Source of the DNA: a virus
Lineage: Duplodnaviria > Caudoviricetes
Strand: one strand, 5' to 3'
DNA: 37,445 nt
Virus record (IMG/VR): IMGVR_UViG_3300023081_000042
Location: 1 to 37,445 of that record
Numbering within the stretch: the stretch's first letter is position 1; each line of letters opens with the position of its first letter. Positions 8,601 through 17,979 of this stretch are shown here, in pieces. The notes under the pieces were generated by a model, which saw only the letters and a program-made list of their open reading frames with translations, did no database searches and was not told where the DNA came from. Both the position numbers and the translations under genes were made by a program.

Positions 8601-9277
8601 AAATCGTCATACCTGCCTACGGCCGCCACGAACTAACACGCCGCGTAGCCCTGTACTACGACGACCTTGGCTACGATGCCATTATAGTAGAAACGCCCGA
8701 CGAGGATGGGAACCTGTCAGGCGTAGAGGACAAGGTGGTTGCACAGCAGCACGATGAGGATGGCAATGTATTGGTGGGCAGGAAGTTTAACGACGCACTA
8801 AAGTATGCCGCTAACTTTGACGACGATGTGGTCCTAACGGGCAGCGACTCCCTGCTCTCTCCCGCATACCTGAAGCATCTTGATGCCTACAAGGAGGACT
8901 ACCTTGAGATCAGCGGGTGCCACTTCTTTGACCCAAAGGAGAAACAGGTAACCTTTATAGACAAATTCCTGTGTGGCAGCGGCAAGTACATGAGTAAGCG
9001 CATGATGGACAACTGCGATTGGTCACCCTACGATGACACAAGGGGCCGCAATGTTGACGCTGGACCGAAGAGTTGCATCCCCGACGGCAGCCGCAGGAAC
9101 TCATACAACAGCACCCGCACCTTCCCCGCCTGTCTTGAGATCCGCAACAGCGAGAATATGTGGGGTCTTGGGTGGGTTCAGTCTCAGCCCTCTGCGACCA
9201 CACTGAGCGTTCACGAGACGCGCACCATCTTTCAGCATGACTATTGCCAGAAGGTTGATTGGTGGACATCAGCTTGA
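8597..9277 (+). CDS. Second GT-A fold glycosyltransferase (start revised to MKIVIPAYGR)
   Basis: IVIPAYGR, VGRKFNDA, VVLTGSD, CGSGK; ATGA overlap with first GT. Confidence 0.7.
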   Translation: MKIVIPAYGRHELTRRVALYYDDLGYDAIIVETPDEDGNLSGVEDKVVAQQHDEDGNVLVGRKFNDALKYAANFDDDVVLTGSDSLLSPAYLKHLDAYKEDYLEISGCHFFDPKEKQVTFIDKFLCGSGKYMSKRMMDNCDWSPYDDTRGRNVDAGPKSCIPDGSRRNSYNSTRTFPACLEIRNSENMWGLGWVQSQPSATTLSVHETRTIFQHDYCQKVDWWTSA

Positions 9278-10207
9278 TGCAAGTATGTTGCCCCTTTGGG
9301 CAGTTGTCTTATCGGATACCCTGCCACGGCTAAAGCCATTGCAGTCTTTACACTTGTAGAGATGATAGCGTGTAGTATTGCTATATGCGTGGCGATCCAC
9401 TGGCTCTATATTATTGCTTCCGCACTTGACACACTTTACCTGCTCGTTCTCGCTGTATAGCGACACATTGGGGTGGGTCTTGTGGTATGGGCGCACCTTC
9501 AGATATAGCTCCTCCAGTAGAAGGACATCCTGCTCATTGTAGCGGATCATCGTGTCAAAGGCATCCCTGTCTCCATCAAGGCACCTGATCCACAGGCTCA
9601 TGCCCTCATGCTCCATCTTCCTGCCGATGCCAAGGTCTTGGCCCAGCTCATCAAGCCTGTTGCTATCAAAGCCAAAGTACTTCCTTGCAATCTTTAGTGT
9701 GTCTACGCTGGTGTAGGGACTGGTGGGTGGCAATCCATGCATTAGGAACCGGGCATTCATCATCTTGATGTCAAACCTGTCGCCATTGTGAGCGACGACA
9801 ATATCTGCATCATCAAGAAGGTGCCACAGGGACTCGCACACCTTGAAGTCATCCTGCATATTACCATAAGCAAGGATGCTGTCTGATATAACATCCTCAT
9901 GTCCCAGCCATTTGGCAGACCACGTAAGAACCTTTCCAGGCTTATCAATGACCATATCTTTGTTGATATAGGTCGTCTTTCTTCGCCAGTAAAAGCAGGT
10001 GCCGGGTGCCGTCTCAATGTCAAAGACAAGGATCTTTGGCTGGCCCCTTTTTATCTTATTCCTGGATATAAAGTCGTGTACTGTGGACTTTGGCTTACCA
10101 ATGGCTTCGGCAATCTCGCGTATAGAAAGGTGGCCGCCACTGTATAACTCCATTGCTCTTTCCTGCCATGGTTCCATTATCCGTTCCACCGACGCATACT
10201 GCGCCAT
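9269..10207 (-). CDS. HTH + DEDD/RNase H-like 3'-5' exonuclease + C-terminal zinc ribbon
   Basis: SIREIAEAIGKPKSTV; FDIET; AHNGDRFD; YNEQDV; CVKCGS..CKDC. Confidence 0.85.
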   Translation of the reverse strand: MAQYASVERIMEPWQERAMELYSGGHLSIREIAEAIGKPKSTVHDFISRNKIKRGQPKILVFDIETAPGTCFYWRRKTTYINKDMVIDKPGKVLTWSAKWLGHEDVISDSILAYGNMQDDFKVCESLWHLLDDADIVVAHNGDRFDIKMMNARFLMHGLPPTSPYTSVDTLKIARKYFGFDSNRLDELGQDLGIGRKMEHEGMSLWIRCLDGDRDAFDTMIRYNEQDVLLLEELYLKVRPYHKTHPNVSLYSENEQVKCVKCGSNNIEPVDRHAYSNTTRYHLYKCKDCNGFSRGRVSDKTTAQRGNILASS

Positions 10208-10593
10208 ACGTCAAGATGAATGAACTTATTCTGTTCGTAGATGCCTATGCCGCCAACGTCAAGGTCCTCGGCAAACTCTGCTATCCGTTTTAGGCTTATG
10301 CCCCTAACAACGATGTCGGCAGCCATGCCCTTCTTATGCGTACTGTTCTTGCTACCACCCACCAGCTCGTTGTAGTCAGCAGTCCTATATGCAGATAGGA
10401 TATGCACGGGCTTGCCGAAGTGCGCCCTGATTGTCTGCAATAGTGCTACCAGGGAGGGGTGAATCAGTACGACATCTGAACCATCGTTACAGGCAAACTC
10501 GCCCAAAACAAAATTATCGGCAAGCGCAAGGTCCCCGCCGTGACGAGACAGCGAGAACTCCTGCACTTCCGATAACAATGCTTCACAGAACAT
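10177..10593 (-). CDS. Peptidase M15A endolysin
   Basis: EFACNDG, SAYRT..YN, STHKKGMAAD, FIHLD zinc ligands. Confidence 0.9.
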   Translation of the reverse strand: MFCEALLSEVQEFSLSRHGGDLALADNFVLGEFACNDGSDVVLIHPSLVALLQTIRAHFGKPVHILSAYRTADYNELVGGSKNSTHKKGMAADIVVRGISLKRIAEFAEDLDVGGIGIYEQNKFIHLDVWRSMRRWNG

Positions 10594-10631
10594 AGTTCAG
10601 TGTTTAGGTTCCGTGAATATACACAAAGATG

Positions 10632-10898
10632 CTAACCGTTGTCAACATCCTCGGCTGGCTTCCCTTCTGGGATCAGCATGGCGGCAACAGCGGCAAGAGC
10701 CGTGATAGCTTCCCAGATAACCTGCAACTCTTCCATGCCGATGGGCAGGAACTGGGCAATAATGGCAAGGCCAGCCCAGGTAGAGGCTTCTTTCAGTCGG
10801 TCAAGTAGTTTCTTAATCATCGTTGGTAGTACGGTTGGTGGTACAAGTGCAGCCACAGGAATCTGCTCCGGTGGGTGCGGCTTTATCTTCTGGGGCAT
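10632..10898 (-). CDS. Putative holin
   Basis: RLKEASTWAGL plus hydrophobic helices; directly upstream of endolysin; alternative start at 10820. Confidence 0.7.
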   Translation of the reverse strand: MPQKIKPHPPEQIPVAALVPPTVLPTMIKKLLDRLKEASTWAGLAIIAQFLPIGMEELQVIWEAITALAAVAAMLIPEGKPAEDVDNG

Positions 10899-10960
10899 TA
10901 CTTCTTCTTACGCTTGTAAGACTTCATCTTGGTTTTCTTAGCGTATTTACCGTAGGGCAT
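10898..10960 (-). CDS. 20-aa basic peptide MPYGKYAKKTKMKSYKRKKK
   Basis: GAGG RBS; TAATG coupling to holin. Confidence 0.5.
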   Translation of the reverse strand: MPYGKYAKKTKMKSYKRKKK

Positions 10961-10979
10961 AGTGTCCTCGTTGTTTTGG

Positions 10980-11264
10980 TTACCACATCTTGCACGACCA
11001 GTAGCGTGGCGTAAAAACGTCCTTCGCTGTGTCGCACTTGTGTCTTGCACGAAAAGAGGCACGGCGCTCGGGGTTGCTCTTCTTGATCCGCATATTGGGA
11101 TCGCCAAAGCGTACCAGCTTCACCTGGTCGCCCTTCTTCGCCAGCACCGCAAACTTCTTACGCTCTCCCGGTGTCCTTTTCGGCTTGTTGTATCCGCTGA
11201 AGGTTTCGCCCCGGTAGAGTAGTCGTCCGCCTTTGGTTTTTGAGACATCCTTTGTTGTGGCCAT
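10980..11264 (-). CDS. Conserved basic viral protein of unknown function
   Basis: VRFGDPNM..RRASFRARH..RYWSC motif recognised from aquatic phages. Confidence 0.8.
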   Translation of the reverse strand: MATTKDVSKTKGGRLLYRGETFSGYNKPKRTPGERKKFAVLAKKGDQVKLVRFGDPNMRIKKSNPERRASFRARHKCDTAKDVFTPRYWSCKMW

Positions 11265-11268
11265 GGTT

Positions 11269-11631
11269 CTAATCGTCTATGTTCCAACCACGGTTCTGCG
11301 CTATCTCATAGGCATTATCTGCCCGAACACGCGCCCGTTGGTAGGTGTCTATGGTCCTCTCCCTGATGTAGTCAGCCGTCATTTTGGCTGGCTCACCGTT
11401 GAGAGTGCGATATTCAACCTCACCTGCCACCACGCTACGGATAATCAGACCGTCACCCGTATAGTGGATTGATGCCACCGATCCTCCATTGGAAAGCGGC
11501 AAAAACACCTCTGCATCCTCATCATAGGCGCGAACGAAAGACGGCTCATCCATGTCAAGGAAGTCGCCAATGCGACCTACCAGCTCATTGAGCAGTTCAA
11601 GATCCTCGTCGCTGAAATCAGACATATCCAT
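11269..11631 (-). CDS. Acidic hypothetical protein
   Basis: 120-aa ORF in late orientation. Confidence 0.65.
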   Translation of the reverse strand: MDMSDFSDEDLELLNELVGRIGDFLDMDEPSFVRAYDEDAEVFLPLSNGGSVASIHYTGDGLIIRSVVAGEVEYRTLNGEPAKMTADYIRERTIDTYQRARVRADNAYEIAQNRGWNIDD

Positions 11632-11728
11632 GCTTTTCTATGCCTATGAAAAGAGTGAAAAGTGTGAAAAAGTAGGCGGGACTCACCCCCCGGCAGGTGA
11701 GGGATCAGGGGTTTGGGGGTGGCCCGCC

Positions 11729-12106
11729 TTAGTCTTGTACTTGGTTCTCAGTAAACAGCCAAGAGATGAGAAGCTCCTGTGACCCACTGATGCCATCAGC
11801 AAACTCCATCAGATCCTCTGAGAACGTATATGGTGTGTAGTCAACCATCTCATCTGTGTCAAGCAGGAAGTTCTCAAATCGCGTGTAGAACTCATCGCCG
11901 TCAGACGGCCCTTCTGCCCCCAGAGTAGGCTCCCACTTATGCTCTTCCTTATCAGCCCTGATCCACTCAATGATGTCATCCCAGAATGGCTGCATCTGCT
12001 TGACGTTGTGTTTGCAACGGCGACGCAGTTTGCCGCTCTCACTGGTCATAAAGAGCTTCTCAAGGATTGGCTTGCTTTGCCAGATTCTGATGTACTGTAC
12101 TTTCAT
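11729..12106 (-). CDS. Acidic hypothetical protein
   Basis: GAGG RBS; 125-aa ORF. Confidence 0.7.
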   Translation of the reverse strand: MKVQYIRIWQSKPILEKLFMTSESGKLRRRCKHNVKQMQPFWDDIIEWIRADKEEHKWEPTLGAEGPSDGDEFYTRFENFLLDTDEMVDYTPYTFSEDLMEFADGISGSQELLISWLFTENQVQD

Positions 12107-12122
12107 TGATCCCTCGGTTTAG

Positions 12123-12239
12123 TTACTTCTTATACCCGCTGGCATAGGCGGCACGAGCCACCGCTTGGGCCTTCTTCTTGGTTGGAAATGGACCCTTGCC
12201 GCCCCAGTACCAACCATCTTGTTTCTTGCGAATAGGCAT
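12123..12239 (-). CDS. 38-aa basic protein MPIRKKQDGWYWGGKGPFPTKKKAQAVARAAYASGYKK (absent from ORF track)
   Basis: Translated by hand; TAATG coupling to upstream gene; fills gap. Confidence 0.75.
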   Translation of the reverse strand: MPIRKKQDGWYWGGKGPFPTKKKAQAVARAAYASGYKK

Positions 12240-12799
12240 TATGCTGGCCAATTAGGATATGCTGCTATGTCGTATTCCATAGCAGCAGCAATATTCATTT
12301 GCAGCAGATCCTGTTCAAGGCTATCTGATGCGGTTCGCACTGCCTCAATCCAATCCCACGCCACCGAGATGCTTGCCAGTTCCGCTTGCTCATCATCAGT
12401 TAGGGGGCTGACGCTCTGCAAGGTCAGAACGCGCATCGTCATATTGCGCTGCTTCCAATCAGGATACCTTGCAAGAATCAACTCCCCAGCATAATTCTTG
12501 ACCATGCTGATCTTGCGATTGTAGTACGCATTGATCTCTTCTTGTGGTCTCGGTACTGCTGCGCCCCATTGTTGCACGTAGTGATCGCCCTGCCTTACGG
12601 GGTCTACCTGTACGTTAACGTGCGAATACTGACTCTCTGGCGGCTCCGTTTGGACGAGCGGATAAATACCCATTTCAGGGTTGACGTATCCCGTCATTAC
12701 CTTTGGAAACGATACATGAGGGAAACGGCGCAAAATGCTAATCCGTGCCACTGGGTGGGACAGCGTTCCATCTTGGTTTTCTATGACGAACGTACTCAT
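12239..12799 (-). CDS. Tail fibre-associated / assembly protein
   Basis: Follows fibre genes; YPDWKQRN..WDWIEAVR..NWP C-terminus resembles Tfa-like proteins. Confidence 0.6.
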   Translation of the reverse strand: MSTFVIENQDGTLSHPVARISILRRFPHVSFPKVMTGYVNPEMGIYPLVQTEPPESQYSHVNVQVDPVRQGDHYVQQWGAAVPRPQEEINAYYNRKISMVKNYAGELILARYPDWKQRNMTMRVLTLQSVSPLTDDEQAELASISVAWDWIEAVRTASDSLEQDLLQMNIAAAMEYDIAAYPNWPA

Positions 12800-13851
12800 G
12801 GCGTATACGTGATAAATGTTTTAATGTTATTTAGGTAGGTTGCGTCTGTAACTGTTGATAGCAATGAAACGGATGTTTCTGAGTCCCATTCCCAGATATG
12901 AAACCTGTTCACGCCAGCATCTCCCGAAATAATATAATTACCAGTTACTGCCATGCCGTACCCCATCAGGGAGGCTCCACTTGGAACATCACTTGCAAGA
13001 ATAGTAAAGGTGGAGCCGTCGTATCCAATTATCATAAGCCTGTCATCGTCTCTTGCAGTAACGGCAACAACGCTTTTATAAGTAGTTGAGTATAGATCGG
13101 CTGGCAAGGCGCGTATGTTTGATACTCTGTCGTAGTTAACACTGTCTTCCACATAGTATTCGCTATCTGGAGTAAGGTCCGAGCCAAACTCTATCACGGC
13201 TAAATAATTAATACCACCATGCCACAGGTAATTATTTCCATCAACAGGGCTAACATCCCACTCAATAGACTCTCGTGAGTCAGAAGTAATAGAGAGAGAC
13301 TCTACTGTTTCTGATCCCATCGCAGAGTTGGCAAGAGCAAAGGAAGTTAATTGGGTGCCAGCGTTTTGTACAGTAAATGCTCTATTGAATCCTGAATCAG
13401 GCACAAAACGATTCCCAATAGCAGAAGCTCTGGTATTTGCTGACGGGGATGCTGGATTACTAATATCAATTGTAAGAATACCGCGAGTGTTTGTACCCTG
13501 CGTTACAATAAAATCTTTGTCGGGATGCGCGTATACAAACTGAGGATCGGTATCTGGAGAAATACTTACATTGGCAGTAAATGACATACTTGACGGATCA
13601 GAGACATCAATAATGTTAATAGAGTCGCCAACTCTATGTGCCGAATATAAATACCCATCCTTAATCGCTACCCTGTTGGCTTGGTCTTGACTATGTGGCC
13701 TTGTAATGCGACTAACAAAACTTGGGCTTGACGGGTCGGTAATGTCATAGCAATTAAGATAGTCGTCATCATCATAAGCAAGCAGATGTGTATCTGGGCC
13801 GCTTGCCGCCGCAGTCGGCCTCCTAAGAGCTAACATTTCTGGTGTAAACAT
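12796..13851 (-). CDS. Beta-propeller (LVIVD-like repeat) putative receptor-binding protein
   Basis: YDITDPSSP, IIDVSDPSS, TIDISNPASP repeats. Confidence 0.7.
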   Translation of the reverse strand: MFTPEMLALRRPTAAASGPDTHLLAYDDDDYLNCYDITDPSSPSFVSRITRPHSQDQANRVAIKDGYLYSAHRVGDSINIIDVSDPSSMSFTANVSISPDTDPQFVYAHPDKDFIVTQGTNTRGILTIDISNPASPSANTRASAIGNRFVPDSGFNRAFTVQNAGTQLTSFALANSAMGSETVESLSITSDSRESIEWDVSPVDGNNYLWHGGINYLAVIEFGSDLTPDSEYYVEDSVNYDRVSNIRALPADLYSTTYKSVVAVTARDDDRLMIIGYDGSTFTILASDVPSGASLMGYGMAVTGNYIISGDAGVNRFHIWEWDSETSVSLLSTVTDATYLNNIKTFITYTP

Positions 13852-13852
13852 C

Positions 13853-14791
13853 TTACTTGCTGTCTAAGGATGAGACGATACCATGCCACGTAGTGCCACC
13901 GTCCCGTGTATAAAACACGAGTATATCAACACCTGCGGCTGTTAGCGTCGGCGCAGTACCGCCTTCCCAATCTACTGCTGCGGGAAACGTGAGGGTAAAC
14001 GCGCCGCCGTTGGTCAACTCAAGAACAAAACTGGTAGCATCGCCAGATGCAATAGGGTTTGAGAATGTCAATGTGAGGTTGCCGCCAATGGTTGCTGTGT
14101 GAACGTTGCCGTTCTCAAGATCAATGGTCGTGGCTGTGGTGATGCTGCCGTGAGCGTAGACCTCCATCGCATAATCCTTAACAAGCGGCCGTGTTAGCAG
14201 GTTATCTTGCAGATTAGCCTCTGCCGCAAAAGTCAGCGTGTTTGCCGAGGTATCAATCGTCTTATTAGTTAGCGTTTGTGTATCGCTCGTGCCAACAACA
14301 TCTCCAGATGGAGCAGTTACGGCTGACGTTGCGCCGCCACTTATCTTAACAAGTCCATTATAGGCAGACACATCGGCCTCAAGGCCACCAACCTCGTGAA
14401 TGAGTACGCCAGAGGTTATGTCATTTGCAGAAATGCTGGCAGCCGTAAGAACTGCGCCCTGTGCATCCAGCACCTGCATCAGGTTGCCCTCAAGACGCAG
14501 GGAGTATCCAGCCCCAAGAGAAGTGTCCTTTGGGATGATGCGACGAGCCGTGCCGCCACTTGGCGTGTGATATAGGTTCACAGTGCGGGCAGACGAGTCC
14601 GTGTTAACAAGTACAATCGTCTTGGCAACGTCTGTACCAGCGGAGGTATACAGATCGCCAATAGTCGCCGCAAGCTGGCCGTCAGCAAGGTTCTTCAGGG
14701 TTGTGCCCTGCAAGCCGCTGATGTGATAATCAACTACTGTTGCGGCACTTGCGTCGCCTTGGATCTTGTCGCCGTTCTCAATAACAAACAT
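13853..14791 (-). CDS. Tail fibre-related structural protein
   Basis: TQTLTNKTI motif; C-terminal IDLENGNV..WEGGTAPTLT..DGGTTW domain. Confidence 0.7.
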   Translation of the reverse strand: MFVIENGDKIQGDASAATVVDYHISGLQGTTLKNLADGQLAATIGDLYTSAGTDVAKTIVLVNTDSSARTVNLYHTPSGGTARRIIPKDTSLGAGYSLRLEGNLMQVLDAQGAVLTAASISANDITSGVLIHEVGGLEADVSAYNGLVKISGGATSAVTAPSGDVVGTSDTQTLTNKTIDTSANTLTFAAEANLQDNLLTRPLVKDYAMEVYAHGSITTATTIDLENGNVHTATIGGNLTLTFSNPIASGDATSFVLELTNGGAFTLTFPAAVDWEGGTAPTLTAAGVDILVFYTRDGGTTWHGIVSSLDSK

Positions 14792-14793
14792 AG

Positions 14794-17700
14794 TTAGAAT
14801 ACGATTGCATAAACGAGAGCCGTGGCTTCGTCTACGTAGGTTCCGAAATCGCTTATTTGGGACTCAGTAATGGAAAGTGCTGCTTGGTGCTGTGTCACAT
14901 TAGACTCTGCAATACGAGCATCTGCGAAGGTGCCACTCGTAATATCAGAGGCCGCATGGGTGTGCGTTCCAATGTTGCCCGACGGCAGTACGCCTGTAAC
15001 GTCGGTAGTCAGGTCAATCTGACCTAACGTAATCTGCTGACCGCTCAGGGTCAGGTAATCATACGTTCCTGCTAACGTTACGTCAGTAGAGTTGTCGGTG
15101 CCAGCTTGGTCAACATCAAGGGCAGTGCGGGCTGCGGAAGCAGTGGTTGCTCCTGTACCACCGAGCGAAATTGGCACTATGCCCGCCGTAATCTCCTGCC
15201 CAGTTATACTGAGGTAGTTGCCAGTCACCGTTGCAAGCGTGACATCGGTGCTGTTGTCGGTACCAGCAGCATCTACGCCAAGTGCAGTTCTTGCATCAGC
15301 AGCCGTCGTAGATCCGGTTCCGCCATTCGCAATGGGCAATGCACCAGTAACATCGGTCGTCAGATCAACAGATCCAAGCGTAAGCTGCTGGCCGCTGATT
15401 GTGATGTAGTCAAGCCCCGCAGCAATCGTTACATCAGTGGAGTTGTCAGTACCTGCTTGGTCAACGTCAAGCGCAGTCCTTGCGCCAGCCGCTGTGGTAG
15501 CACCCGTGCCACCAAGGGAGATAGGTACCGTGCCAGCAGTAATCTCTTGGCCCGTAATGCTCAGGTAGTTGCCGCTTACCGTGGCGAGTGTGACATCAGT
15601 ACTATTGTCGGTGCCAGCAGGGTCAACACCCAATGCAGTACGTGCGTCAGAGGCTGTGGTGGACCCCGTGCCGCCGTTGGCAACAGGCAGTGCGCCCGTT
15701 ACGTCAGTCGTTAGGTCTATCTGCCCCAAGGTAATCTGCTGACCACTAAGTGTTAAGTAGTCATACGCACCAGCAAGCGTAACGTCGGTGCTATTATCCG
15801 TCCCTGCGGCATCTACGCCAATCGTCGTGCGAACAGAGGCAGCGTCAGCATCATCAAGGATGCTACGGGCAAAAGACGTTAGGTCTGTGACTGCGTAGGT
15901 GTCTGATGCGGTTGTGTACAGCATCTTATCTGCCGCCGTCGTGAGGCCAGCGATAGACGTAAGACCCGCATCCTGCGTCTGGTACGTGCCAAGGTCGCTT
16001 ATCTGGGATTCAGTGATAGAGAGGGCGGCCTGATGCTGTGTGACGCTTGACTCAGAGATACGAGCGTCAGCGAACGTGCCACTAAGAATATCGCCCGCTG
16101 CCAATGCCCGCTGCTCATTGCCAGAAGCCCCGCCAATAAATACGTGTGTATTCGTTAGGTTGGGGATGTCGTTAGCACGACCAGATCCAGATACAATGAT
16201 AATACCATTGCTGTCAGATCGGGCTACACGACCGATGTTCTGTACGGCATCTGCACTTGACGTTGGTCGCGTGTTTGTAAGCACCCCTGGCGTTGACGAC
16301 AGGTAAAGCACATCGCCAATGCTGTATGAGCTGGTGTTTACGCCAGCAAGCTCTCCATAAACCGTTACCTCTCCATCGCTGTTGTTTTCAATGGCACCCG
16401 CAGTAAGACCAATGGCAGGATACTTACCGCTTGCATCAGCATCAGCAAGGTCAATCAGGATCTTGTTGCCATTGTGACCGCTGATATAAACTGCTGCGCC
16501 CTTGGGAATCGTGGAGCCAGTAGTGTTGCGTACCTCAAGCGTAACAGAGTTAGCATCTGCTACCGTTGTGGGTGACACATAGGAGAAAACACCAGTGTCG
16601 CTATCGTAGGAAAGCTCAGACGAGTCAGTAGTCGTCAGGCTAATCGCCGTTCTTGCGTCGGAATCCGTATAGTGCGTGAGATCAGAGATCTGGCTCTCTG
16701 TAATCGTAAGTGCAGCCTCGTGCTGCGTAACATTGGACTCAGCGACATTTGCGTCGCCAAGCGTACCCGTTACATCCGTGCCGAGGTCAATCTGGCCAAG
16801 CGTAATCTGCTGACCCGATAGCGTCAGATAGTCGTATACCCCAGTAAGGGTAACATCAGTAGAGTTGTCGGTGCCAGCTGCATCTACACCAATCGTGGTC
16901 CTCACGGTAGCCGCGTCTGCATCATCAAGGATGGAGCGGGCAAAAGAGGTCAGAGTGGTCGTTGCATACGTATCAGACGCTGTGGTGTACAGCATCTTAT
17001 CTGCAATGGTGGGCAACCCGGCAATAGAAGTCAGGCCGCTATCAAGAGGCTGATACGATCCAAAGTCACTGATCTGACTCTCTGTGATTGAGAGGGCCGC
17101 TTGGTGTTGCGTTACGTTTGTCTCTGCAATCCTCGCATCCGCAAACGTCCCAGATGTCACATCTGAAGCTGCATGGGTGTGACTTCCTATGTAGGCAGAG
17201 GCAATGGTATCCCCGTTCCAAGTACCAGTCGTTATAGTCCCTAACGTCGTTAGGTTCGTGCTTCCTGCCCATGTGCTAAGAGCTGTGTTCTCTACGTTGC
17301 CAAGACCCACCTGCGTAGCGGTTACGCTGTGCGGGTTGTCAGTATCTCCTGTGTGTGCCGTAAGTGCGGCTGCCGTTGCATAGGTGCCAAGGTCACTGAT
17401 CTGAGACTCTGTAATGCTAAGTGCAGCCTGGTGCTGAGTAACATTGGACTGCGCGACTCGTGCGTCAGCCAGTGTGCCAGTTACAATATCGGCGGCATCA
17501 TGGGTGTGCGACGCATCTGCATAGGTGCCGAAGTCGCTAATCTGCGACTCAGTAATAGATAGTGCCGCCTCGTGCTGAGTAACATTGCTTTCGGCAATAC
17601 GTGCATCGGCAAAGGTGCCGCTCGTCACATTAGATGCAGCGACATCGCCTGTAAGGGTGCCAGTAAACGTCAGGTCAGTAAAGGTCGCCGCAGCCGCAGT

Positions 17701-17979
17701 AGCAGATCCAATGACCGCACCGTCAAGGCTCGTGACAGCCACTGTAATGGTGTCAGAAGGGTCGTCGTGGGTGACCGTGACGTTAGCACCGCCCTGAATT
17801 ACAACGTCTCCTAAGTGATCTCTGATAGCCTCACGGACGCTCTCTGAGTCCATGAGGTTCTGGACCGTAATCTTCTTGGATACGGGCGTACCAGTCGGGT
17901 CAGATACAGTCAGGATAAGATCGCCAGCCGCTACTGACGTTCCTGTTGCAACAGCCGCATCTGTCCACTTACGAGCCAT
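14794..17979 (-). CDS. Long repetitive tail fibre (1061 aa)
   Basis: Six ITESQISD and six GTDNSTDVT repeats; GGTGATTA..ARTAL fibre motifs. Confidence 0.85.
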   Translation of the reverse strand: MARKWTDAAVATGTSVAAGDLILTVSDPTGTPVSKKITVQNLMDSESVREAIRDHLGDVVIQGGANVTVTHDDPSDTITVAVTSLDGAVIGSATAAAATFTDLTFTGTLTGDVAASNVTSGTFADARIAESNVTQHEAALSITESQISDFGTYADASHTHDAADIVTGTLADARVAQSNVTQHQAALSITESQISDLGTYATAAALTAHTGDTDNPHSVTATQVGLGNVENTALSTWAGSTNLTTLGTITTGTWNGDTIASAYIGSHTHAASDVTSGTFADARIAETNVTQHQAALSITESQISDFGSYQPLDSGLTSIAGLPTIADKMLYTTASDTYATTTLTSFARSILDDADAATVRTTIGVDAAGTDNSTDVTLTGVYDYLTLSGQQITLGQIDLGTDVTGTLGDANVAESNVTQHEAALTITESQISDLTHYTDSDARTAISLTTTDSSELSYDSDTGVFSYVSPTTVADANSVTLEVRNTTGSTIPKGAAVYISGHNGNKILIDLADADASGKYPAIGLTAGAIENNSDGEVTVYGELAGVNTSSYSIGDVLYLSSTPGVLTNTRPTSSADAVQNIGRVARSDSNGIIIVSGSGRANDIPNLTNTHVFIGGASGNEQRALAAGDILSGTFADARISESSVTQHQAALSITESQISDLGTYQTQDAGLTSIAGLTTAADKMLYTTASDTYAVTDLTSFARSILDDADAASVRTTIGVDAAGTDNSTDVTLAGAYDYLTLSGQQITLGQIDLTTDVTGALPVANGGTGSTTASDARTALGVDPAGTDNSTDVTLATVSGNYLSITGQEITAGTVPISLGGTGATTAAGARTALDVDQAGTDNSTDVTIAAGLDYITISGQQLTLGSVDLTTDVTGALPIANGGTGSTTAADARTALGVDAAGTDNSTDVTLATVTGNYLSITGQEITAGIVPISLGGTGATTASAARTALDVDQAGTDNSTDVTLAGTYDYLTLSGQQITLGQIDLTTDVTGVLPSGNIGTHTHAASDITSGTFADARIAESNVTQHQAALSITESQISDFGTYVDEATALVYAIVF

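Noticed and set aside
14794-17979. DGR template/variable repeats
   Set aside because: No reverse transcriptase; repeats are in-frame with mainly synonymous, not adenine-specific, differences
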